Part shown: positions 16,579 to 23,619 of the stretch, piece after piece
How positions within the stretch are numbered: position 1 is the first letter of the stretch
Layout of the letters: every line of letters starts with the position of its first letter
DNA from: Congzhengia sp.
Lineage (GTDB): Bacteria > Bacillota > Clostridia > UBA1381 > UBA9506
Reading direction: 5' to 3'
Length of the DNA stretch: 52,055 nt
NCBI GenBank assembly: GCA_045660945.1
Contig: JAZRET010000067.1
Location: 1 to 52,055, forward strand
Made by a program: the position numbers and the translations under genes
Notes under the pieces: generated by a model
Seen by the model: the letters and a program-made list of their open reading frames with translations, nothing else
Database searches by the model: none
What the model was told of the DNA's origin: nothing

Positions 16579-16668
16579 TTGGTGCCGTCTAGAAAAATCC
16601 CTCCTACATTCTCCCCAGGAGCCTCCTTTCCTTCCTTTCATAAAACAGGCTCCACTAGACGGCACCAA
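16579..16668 (+). ncRNA. structured RNA with CU-rich anti-SD loops
   Basis: 14-bp stem TTGGTGCCGTCTAG/CTAGACGGCACCAA, inner GGAGCCT/AGGCTCC, loops CCCTCCTACATTCTCCCC and CCTTTCCTTCCTTTCAT. Confidence 0.6.
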
Positions 16669-16688
16669 GAAAGAAAGGAAAAAAGGAA

Positions 16689-17072
16689 ATGAATTACAGG
16701 AGAGAGGCGACAACGCCAGAACAAAAAATGTTCGATAAGTGCGATAAACTGTACCCACAGTTAAGGCACGGCAGGTGTTGTATGGCGTGTCTTTCACGGT
16801 GGCGTGTTAGACCTGCAGACCATATACACCATATAATAGGACGCGCAAACTTGCATATGCGCTTTGAAATACTTAACCTAATCCCGTTATGCTGGGAGTG
16901 CCACCAAAAGATTCACGAAGGTAAGTTAACAGAACCAATATCGGAGCAACATAGAGAATGGCTTGTAAAACAGTCTAACAAAGACTTTAAGGGTATGCTT
17001 ATAGCCCGCGGCCTTACAAAGGAAGAGTATTATAAGCAACAATATGAAAGAATGAAAGGACTGTTATTATGA
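16689..17072 (+). CDS. HNH endonuclease (NinG-like position)
   Basis: CMAC...HIHHII.R......R....NLIPLCWECHQKIH. Confidence 0.8.
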   Translation: MNYRREATTPEQKMFDKCDKLYPQLRHGRCCMACLSRWRVRPADHIHHIIGRANLHMRFEILNLIPLCWECHQKIHEGKLTEPISEQHREWLVKQSNKDFKGMLIARGLTKEEYYKQQYERMKGLLL

Positions 17073-17383
17073 GCGATTACACAAAGTTACTGGAAGACGC
17101 GGTACCTTGCAAAGGTATTATTCGTGTTCCAGACCCAGAAAAAACAAAGGCACGGGACGAAAAACTCGTGGCCAACGGGAAAAAGCCCGGTTCCAGACCG
17201 GCAATGAAATCGATCCCGTGTAAGCATAAGCCGAAAATAGTGCAGTATGCAGATTTGTATTATGCACAATGCCCGTGCTGTCACAAATGGGATCCATACC
17301 AGTTCCTTGGTTCTACACCAAAGATAGCGGTAGAACAATGGAATCTGTACAACTCAAAAATGACGGAGGTAGACTTATGGTAA
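17069..17383 (+). CDS. Zn-binding hypothetical protein
   Basis: Cys motifs and AVEQWN C-terminus reminiscent of Lar-like proteins. Confidence 0.55.
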   Translation: MSDYTKLLEDAVPCKGIIRVPDPEKTKARDEKLVANGKKPGSRPAMKSIPCKHKPKIVQYADLYYAQCPCCHKWDPYQFLGSTPKIAVEQWNLYNSKMTEVDLW

Positions 17384-17550
17384 AAACTTTAGTTTTGTTA
17401 TCTGTAATACAAGGAAATATTAACCTTGTTGGGAACCGGTGGGAAATATACGACCAATATGTTGGCCGTGCATGTACCACTGTACAAACCGAGCGATTTA
17501 TACTCGCTTACCCGTATAACCTAGAAATGTCTTACATACAAAAAATATAA
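17377..17550 (+). CDS. small hypothetical protein
   Basis: GGAGG RBS before ATG 17377. Confidence 0.5.
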   Translation: MVKTLVLLSVIQGNINLVGNRWEIYDQYVGRACTTVQTERFILAYPYNLEMSYIQKI

Positions 17551-17561
17551 AGGAGAGAACT

Positions 17562-17687
17562 ATGAAATATCACAACAGTATCGGCCAATATTTAGAAAAA
17601 GCCTTCGGTATAACAGAATTTTGGTACCAAGGCCGCAGAACAGCAAAGACAACTGCTGGCGTTTGGTTAACCTTTGATAAGGAGTAA
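17562..17687 (+). CDS. small hypothetical protein (41 aa)
   Basis: AAGGAG RBS; fills the gap before the lysozyme; not in the ORF track. Confidence 0.5.
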   Translation: MKYHNSIGQYLEKAFGITEFWYQGRRTAKTTAGVWLTFDKE

Positions 17688-17690
17688 AAT

Positions 17691-18113
17691 ATGGACGGCG
17701 TAGCGTTAATCGAAAAATGGGAAGGTTTCCGTGCACAAGCATACAAATGCCCAGCAGGCGTGTGGACGTATGGCTTCGGTTCGACAGTAAAGCCAGACGG
17801 AACCCCCGTTAAAAAGGGCGACACAATAACTAAAGCGAAAGCAGAAGCGTTGTTGGTCGATTACCTTAACAAGAACGTCCGCCCAAAGTTAACTGGTCTT
17901 CGTTTGAAGCCATGCCAGATTGCCGCAATAGAATCGATTGTGTACAATGTAGGGCCTGGTTTCTTCCGGTCTAATTGCTTTAAGGGAATTCAAGAAAAAG
18001 ACTGGGGAAAGGTTTATAATAACTGGGACTGGATAAAAGCAAACGGCAAAGTTCTAAATGGTCTTATAAGGCGCCGTAGCGAAGAACTTGCCCTATTCTT
18101 TTCGGAGTTGTAG
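17691..18113 (+). CDS. endolysin, GH24 (T4-type) lysozyme
   Basis: EG....Y.CPAGVWTYGFG.T, YNVG, GL..RR..E. Confidence 0.92.
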   Translation: MDGVALIEKWEGFRAQAYKCPAGVWTYGFGSTVKPDGTPVKKGDTITKAKAEALLVDYLNKNVRPKLTGLRLKPCQIAAIESIVYNVGPGFFRSNCFKGIQEKDWGKVYNNWDWIKANGKVLNGLIRRRSEELALFFSEL

Positions 18114-18114
18114 A

Positions 18115-18285
18115 ATGAAAATGTGGGATTTAGTATATTCGCGTGAAAGGGAATTGCGTGATATTTTTGATTCAGTATTAGCACAAATCTTGCGTATGGC
18201 AGAAACCCGCACACAAGAAGAACTGATCGATATTATCAAAATGTTTCGCAAACAAAACAAACGAGCAAAATACTTGGCACATTAA
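18115..18285 (+). CDS. small hypothetical protein
   Basis: GGAG RBS; packed after the lysozyme. Confidence 0.5.
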   Translation: MKMWDLVYSRERELRDIFDSVLAQILRMAETRTQEELIDIIKMFRKQNKRAKYLAH

Positions 18286-18286
18286 C

Positions 18287-18748
18287 ATGAATATATACCA
18301 ACCGTTTGTAAAATTAGATTTGCCAACAGGAAAACTAATTGGCTTTACATCTAATTATTTTGAGCATACAGTAGTATGGAATGCTATGCCGGTTGGTGTT
18401 AGATTCAATTCGCTTCGCCCAAAACCAGGCGTTGAAGACGAAGCAATAAAGCAACTTTTGGTTAGAATAAACAAACTGGGGTTGAAGGCAAACTTTCTTT
18501 GCCCTCACCCCCATTTAGTTAAACACCTTATTGATTTTCGTTATTCTGGCTATTACGACCCAGCAGGTTCCCCAATGTGGGCAAACTTATCCGAGAAAGG
18601 GTACGCCGCAGTAATAGCACGAGGAGGATACAAACCAATCCAGATAGACCAAGAACTAATAGATTTTTGTAACGGAGCTTCGCCTCAAGATTACTTTTCT
18701 CCAAGTTACAGGATCGCACAACATTATCAACCTGCTTCTGCGCGTTAA
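18287..18748 (+). CDS. hypothetical protein
   Basis: 153 aa ORF; its 3' half overlaps the convergent lipoprotein gene. Confidence 0.5.
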   Translation: MNIYQPFVKLDLPTGKLIGFTSNYFEHTVVWNAMPVGVRFNSLRPKPGVEDEAIKQLLVRINKLGLKANFLCPHPHLVKHLIDFRYSGYYDPAGSPMWANLSEKGYAAVIARGGYKPIQIDQELIDFCNGASPQDYFSPSYRIAQHYQPASAR

Positions 18749-18911
18749 CATGCGCTTCTTTGACTTCTTTTGTCTGGCATTCCTTGGGTAATGTATTATA
18801 TATGCCGGAAATCGTTTCTTTTGCCACGTCAGCCACAGTTTCACTCACTGGCTTAGTAGTACAGCCATTTAACAAAAATGTTAAAATTAACAGAATTGTA
18901 AAGCGCTTCAT
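18528..18911 (-). CDS. lipoprotein with C-terminal TM helix, unimolecular-spanin-like
   Basis: MKRFTILLILTFLLNG-C lipobox plus LLVLGLSGLVCILLVLLL TM segment; last gene of the late arm, downstream of the holin. Confidence 0.6.
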   Translation of the reverse strand: MKRFTILLILTFLLNGCTTKPVSETVADVAKETISGIYNTLPKECQTKEVKEAHVNAQKQVDNVVRSCNLEKSNLEAKLRYKNLLVLGLSGLVCILLVLLLRRTLSRISLPTLGNLLGRNSQNNENQ

Positions 18912-19240
18912 CTGCATTGCCCTTTTAATAAACAATCCTTGCATGGATCTGTTGCATATGCTTCCCATTGGTCAATAGCCGCCTGCACAAACTTGGCGTC
19001 TGCCTTCTTAAGATTCCAACGCATTAAGGCCCGGTAAGCCAGGTTAATTCTCTTATCAACCCAATCACATGGCATGTTATCTGCCTTAATAAAGTTTATT
19101 ACCCTATGTGCGTAGTGAATATTATCCGGGTTGTCACGAACCCACAAGGGGGCTAAAGAATATGGAACATAGTGGTCTTTGGTTAATGCCTTTATGGGCG
19201 CTTCTAAATTACTCAAATAACAAATAAATGTCTCGTTCAT
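18908..19240 (-). CDS. HNH-like protein
   Basis: TKDHYVP.S......NI..A....N..KAD. Confidence 0.6.
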   Translation of the reverse strand: MNETFICYLSNLEAPIKALTKDHYVPYSLAPLWVRDNPDNIHYAHRVINFIKADNMPCDWVDKRINLAYRALMRWNLKKADAKFVQAAIDQWEAYATDPCKDCLLKGQCR

Positions 19241-19252
19241 CGTAACACCTTA

Positions 19253-19283
19253 GCCGGTATGCGCTCGTGACCGGCAACACGAG
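19253..19283 (-). ncRNA. H-type pseudoknot upstream of an RBS
   Basis: Minus strand CTCGTG-tt-GCCGGT-CACGAG-cgcat-ACCGGC. Confidence 0.55.
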
Positions 19284-19395
19284 AAAAAACCCAAGGTTAA
19301 AGGTTGCGACTTTGCCCAGTTTGGGGGAACGGCTGGGTTACCGCTTATGAAGACCGTCAGACAGAAGAATATAAGAATACGGCCACCCCGAACTC

Positions 19396-19602
19396 TTATT
19401 TCTTCTTTTTCATTGCATCAGCAATAACTTTCGCATCTTCTTTCGTGAAGACAATCGAAAATACATCTGCCCATTTAACAACTTTCGCCAAGAATGTATC
19501 GTCTTTTTGGGTCGGTGTAAGTTTCACAATCATGGTGCAGAATGTAACAATCATGCCCCAAATTGCGAAAATAGTCTCCCAGTTATCAACTATCCAAGTC
19601 AT
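19396..19602 (-). CDS. putative holin
   Basis: 68 aa, TM helix followed by LTPTQKDD motif, basic C-terminus. Confidence 0.7.
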   Translation of the reverse strand: MTWIVDNWETIFAIWGMIVTFCTMIVKLTPTQKDDTFLAKVVKWADVFSIVFTKEDAKVIADAMKKKK

Positions 19603-19871
19603 TTTTTACTCCTTTTTTTTGGATTTTTACAATAATCTTTATACATTTCCTGTATGTAAGAATTCCCACCTAACGCCTTGTATTCATCATATAATTGATG
19701 AACAACAGTCCTATCGTTTCTTTCTATGGCTTCCATGATTTCTAGGCGTAACAATCTCCTCTCGTGTTTGTCGAGAGTTTGTAGTATTAAGTCTATCTTG
19801 CCCTCCAATCTTGATTTGTACTGCATTCTCTTCAATACCCAACTTAATAATGTTACGCCAAGTTTCCACAT
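19599..19871 (-). CDS. phage protein (holin-adjacent, Y..LGGNS family)
   Basis: LYDEYKALGGNSYI motif. Confidence 0.6.
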   Translation of the reverse strand: MWKLGVTLLSWVLKRMQYKSRLEGKIDLILQTLDKHERRLLRLEIMEAIERNDRTVVHQLYDEYKALGGNSYIQEMYKDYCKNPKKRSKK

Positions 19872-19872
19872 G

Positions 19873-20190
19873 TTATAGCCCTGTTTTTACCCAAAGTTTG
19901 TTTGTTTCATCTTTAGTATAAGTTATTTCGTTCGTGACCATACCAGTTGTCGGTTCGTTTTCAGACACCATGAATTGACAGTGTCCAGCAATTTTTACCT
20001 TATAACTCTTCCCTATTTCCATAGGTTGCGCCAACAAACTCTCCAAAAGAACCCACTTGCCACGGGTCGTAATATTTAAAACCTCTGGTTCTTTTCCTAC
20101 AGGTTGCTCACTAACTTGTTCAGTAACTTGTTCAGTATCGGTATCAAGTTCTGTGTCAACTTCCTGTTTTAATACTTCTTCCGGTTCCAT
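19873..20190 (-). CDS. small virion-associated protein, paralog of 22832-23122
   Basis: W..LES...Y...PT...YTKD...L..KT pattern shared with 22832-23122. Confidence 0.6.
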   Translation of the reverse strand: MEPEEVLKQEVDTELDTDTEQVTEQVSEQPVGKEPEVLNITTRGKWVLLESLLAQPMEIGKSYKVKIAGHCQFMVSENEPTTGMVTNEITYTKDETNKLWVKTGL

Positions 20191-20200
20191 TTTAATCTCC

Positions 20201-22825
20201 TTATATAATTGTCACTGTAACATCGTTATCAAGATTTGCGCTTTCTACTTCTTGCACCGTCAACTGAACTTGTGTGTTATACTGTGCCTCTAACTCCAAG
20301 TTGTTCAAACTCGCCTGCGTGATTTCCAGCACATTGTCGCCGTCCGTCACTTGCAATGTCTGCCCTGTGACAGATTCCGTTGTCGGTGTCGCAAGTGGGT
20401 ATATTACGATTACAGGTGTTCCTGCGGTGTATTGGCTTGCTAGCCATTGTTGCCACGCAGCCAAACTTGTTATGTTGGCATCCCAACCAACTGTAAAGTT
20501 GATTGTCGTTCCAGTAGAGTTGATACTTATGTTTGGCGCAGTAGCACTTACACCAGACCAACTGGAAGCGGTAAACATATTACATAGTAAAGCAGGCATA
20601 GAACTTGTGGCTGTTTCTACTGTTTGTATATTTAATCTTGCCCGCCACCCGCTTGATGCGTTCCAAGTCCAATTTTCCGTTCCATCCAGCACCTTTACCC
20701 CGACATTTCTCGTGACAGCACCGTCAATAATGCTTTGGACATCTTGATAGTCGCCAACTTTTAACAGCATTTCCGCTGTCGCTGTGCCACCGTCATAATA
20801 CGGGACATAGGCTGTGGCGGTTGCGCCTTGCTCTAATTGAACATCATACGGAAATGTTGGTGTTGAATTATTCTGTCTTAAACCGAATAAAATCCAAGTG
20901 CAATCAGTAGGTGTTGTAAATGTATAACTACCGTCAACGATTTCAGTTGTATTTACTTGTATCTGATAATCTGCTGGTATTGCTGACGATGATGGTTCGG
21001 TTTTTGTTCTATAACCTGTAATAGTCAAACGACTACCGCCTTTTTTGGACAGGGTGTAAGTCGTGTTTGGTTTAACATAACTTCCGTAAGTCACCGCTTC
21101 CGAAGAACTGGACACCGCCTGCCAAGCACCATCGCCACTGTTTGACCACGATGTTCTGTATCTTGTTGCAGTTGATTGGTCAAACAAATTCTTTCCGTGG
21201 ACATTTATCGTTTCCACCGTGCCGTCTGTGTAACCTTCAAGGTCGTTTACTTGGTTGCCTGCTACAAAATCGCCTGTGCCTGCGTTTGTAAAGAATGTTC
21301 CGCTTACGGTATCATACATACCTAAGACATTGTCGCTGTTGCGTTTGCAAGGAACGAGGTTGCGAACCAACGCGCCACTCTTTTTAACCACAAGTCCATA
21401 ACAAGCCATAGAAATAAAGTTGTTTGCAGAGCCGGAATTGTTACGAGCAAACAAATAAAGTGATAAAGTTGTATCACCTTGAAGACTATAAGAGAATGAA
21501 ACGTCGTTATTGTCAACAGATAGCACGCCGCCAGCAGTTGCACCTGTTGTTATCTTGAAAGTGTGTCTAGAAGTATCTGCGCTAGTGGCATAGGTGTAAC
21601 CAGCGCCCCCCGCTCCAACTTGTGTGTAAAACCGTAAGGTACTTGTTACGCCAATCGGAATTTTGTACATGGAAACGCTGGAAACAGAGGCGCCAAGCAT
21701 TGTAGAAAAACTGCCCCCATATATCTCAGATAATTTTGCATCAAGTATAAATTCGCTATCAGTAATATCCGTAATTCCCGTATCGATATATTGTGTTCCT
21801 GTGCTTTCAATATACTCTAACAAAGTATAACCCAATGGCAAACCGCTTTGATGTCTTACTTTCAACACCCCATTATTACTCACAATATCCATTGGTTTAT
21901 CTGGTGTTGGTGCTGCCTCTGGCCCTGCCGCAAATATGCCTGCTGACGGTGTGCGAAAACCGCCTGTGACTCTGTCATAGAACCCAACAACCATCGTTTG
22001 CCCTTTCTGCACCGCTGGCACCAAGTCCATTACCAAATCGCCTTGGTCGTTCCAAATTTTGACAGAATACACATAAATACCGCTTGTATCGGTTTGCCAA
22101 TAATCGTTGCCACTTACATAACTATTTATACCCCATTTTGTGCTTGTATCATCAGTGACAGTAAATGTCCGTGTGCTGATTACACTTCCGCCAGATTCCA
22201 ATGTGCAAACACCGTTATTGTATGTGTATTTATATCTTGTAGCAGGTTGAAATTGTACTGTTGGGTCATAGTATTCTGTGCCTGATTCAAAACCGTATAA
22301 AACAACTCTGTTTAGAGTAGTGCCGCCTGCTGCTAATTTAGACAAACGGAAACCGCCACCTGCTGATACTCCGTTTGCACGACCACCAATAAAATTACGC
22401 AAAGGCGAAGCCAATGTAAGTGTTTGGAACTCAAACTCAACACGATAGCCAGCACTTATTAGCAAATCTTCCACCTTGATATACGACCCGTCCATCATAT
22501 AGATAAACTGCCGTTGCAAGTAATTATCGGGAATATCACGCTGTTCTGTTCCACCAAATGCTTTGACATACGAAAGGGAATCGGCAATAGCATCGGGCAA
22601 GATAAGTGGCGATTGTCCTCGGACAATAACGCTAATAATCGTGCTATGCGAAATCTTTTTTCCAAGAAGAACATTGTTAGACAAAACTAGGCCATTAAAA
22701 TCATTTATGAGCCCGGCTTTACCACCAAGAATAACATCTGTGCCAAACACAATACCAGCAGGAACATCCATAAGGGTGTCCTTACCAAGTATCACTTTAG
22801 CAGCGGTTCCGCGTTTCATGCGCAC
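20201..22825 (-). CDS. large beta-rich adhesin/receptor-binding-like structural protein
   Basis: 874 aa, two lectin/LamG-like repeats (LEYIESTGTQYIDTG...LVP...G.YD.V.G.F) and a CBM-like segment. Confidence 0.65.
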   Translation of the reverse strand: MRMKRGTAAKVILGKDTLMDVPAGIVFGTDVILGGKAGLINDFNGLVLSNNVLLGKKISHSTIISVIVRGQSPLILPDAIADSLSYVKAFGGTEQRDIPDNYLQRQFIYMMDGSYIKVEDLLISAGYRVEFEFQTLTLASPLRNFIGGRANGVSAGGGFRLSKLAAGGTTLNRVVLYGFESGTEYYDPTVQFQPATRYKYTYNNGVCTLESGGSVISTRTFTVTDDTSTKWGINSYVSGNDYWQTDTSGIYVYSVKIWNDQGDLVMDLVPAVQKGQTMVVGFYDRVTGGFRTPSAGIFAAGPEAAPTPDKPMDIVSNNGVLKVRHQSGLPLGYTLLEYIESTGTQYIDTGITDITDSEFILDAKLSEIYGGSFSTMLGASVSSVSMYKIPIGVTSTLRFYTQVGAGGAGYTYATSADTSRHTFKITTGATAGGVLSVDNNDVSFSYSLQGDTTLSLYLFARNNSGSANNFISMACYGLVVKKSGALVRNLVPCKRNSDNVLGMYDTVSGTFFTNAGTGDFVAGNQVNDLEGYTDGTVETINVHGKNLFDQSTATRYRTSWSNSGDGAWQAVSSSSEAVTYGSYVKPNTTYTLSKKGGSRLTITGYRTKTEPSSSAIPADYQIQVNTTEIVDGSYTFTTPTDCTWILFGLRQNNSTPTFPYDVQLEQGATATAYVPYYDGGTATAEMLLKVGDYQDVQSIIDGAVTRNVGVKVLDGTENWTWNASSGWRARLNIQTVETATSSMPALLCNMFTASSWSGVSATAPNISINSTGTTINFTVGWDANITSLAAWQQWLASQYTAGTPVIVIYPLATPTTESVTGQTLQVTDGDNVLEITQASLNNLELEAQYNTQVQLTVQEVESANLDNDVTVTII

Positions 22826-22831
22826 CCCCTA

Positions 22832-23122
22832 TTATGATAATTCACTTATCTTCAACCAAACAAAGTTCGTTCCTTCCTCGGTGCGTGCATACAATGTGCC
22901 GCTATCCTTGGTATAGAATGCAACTTGCGTATTGTTAATCCGTTCGCCATCGTCTGCATCTGTAGGAGCAGCACTAGCGTTTGCCAAACGAACACCAACA
23001 GGGCCTTCGCTCTGTAATTGATAAGTAGAATTACCAAATGTAAAACTACCAATCTGCGAAGTTACCATGCTTTCTACGCTTGTCCATGTATCGGTTACTT
23101 TAATCTTTCCAATATATGCCAT
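22832..23122 (-). CDS. small virion-associated protein
   Basis: GAGGAG RBS; located in the tail fibre region. Confidence 0.65.
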   Translation of the reverse strand: MAYIGKIKVTDTWTSVESMVTSQIGSFTFGNSTYQLQSEGPVGVRLANASAAPTDADDGERINNTQVAFYTKDSGTLYARTEEGTNFVWLKISELS

Positions 23123-23180
23123 TTTAAACTCCTCAAATTCTATCTTTATTTTAACCGTTAAATCGCCTCAAGGCAACTCA

Positions 23181-23609
23181 TTACGCTGCCATACCTTTGA
23201 CTTCCCATGTCAGACTATTTGCGTTGTTCAGATTTACACCTAATGTAGTTGTTGTGCTTGGCCGTATTGAGCCTGCATTCCATGTGCTTGCTGCTGAATA
23301 ATAGAACCCTGCGGTCACTGTGTAATTCGTATCGGCCATTTCTACTGGTAATGTGACACTGCCTGTTGTGGTAGTTATTCCGCCCTGTTCAACCCAGCCA
23401 TCACTATATTTACGATACCAAGTATAGTTATTGGTTGCCGAAGGGTATTGTACAGCAACTAATGTCGGAACTTTGTACCCGCCGCGCAGGCTACCATCAT
23501 GAACGTGAAGCCCCTTTGTCACTGTATCCATAGTTATTTCGCCTTCGGCACCAGTAAACAGGTTGTTAGCCATTGTAGTGCCCCTGCGAACTTGTAATTG
23601 TTTTGCCAT
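23181..23609 (-). CDS. short tail fibre protein (Mtd N-terminal-like plus gp53-like domain)
   Basis: QLQVRRGTT....FTGAEGEITMDT...LHVHDG...GG and WYRKYSDGWVEQGG. Confidence 0.75.
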   Translation of the reverse strand: MAKQLQVRRGTTMANNLFTGAEGEITMDTVTKGLHVHDGSLRGGYKVPTLVAVQYPSATNNYTWYRKYSDGWVEQGGITTTTGSVTLPVEMADTNYTVTAGFYYSAASTWNAGSIRPSTTTTLGVNLNNANSLTWEVKGMAA

Positions 23610-23619
23610 AATTTACTCC

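Noticed and set aside
19284-19293. GGGTTTT slippery site before the minus-strand pseudoknot
   Set aside because: Spacer only about 2 nt and no upstream ORF runs into it
23181-23609. Diversity-generating retroelement suggested by the Mtd-like N-terminus
   Set aside because: No reverse transcriptase ORF and no template/variable repeat pair seen
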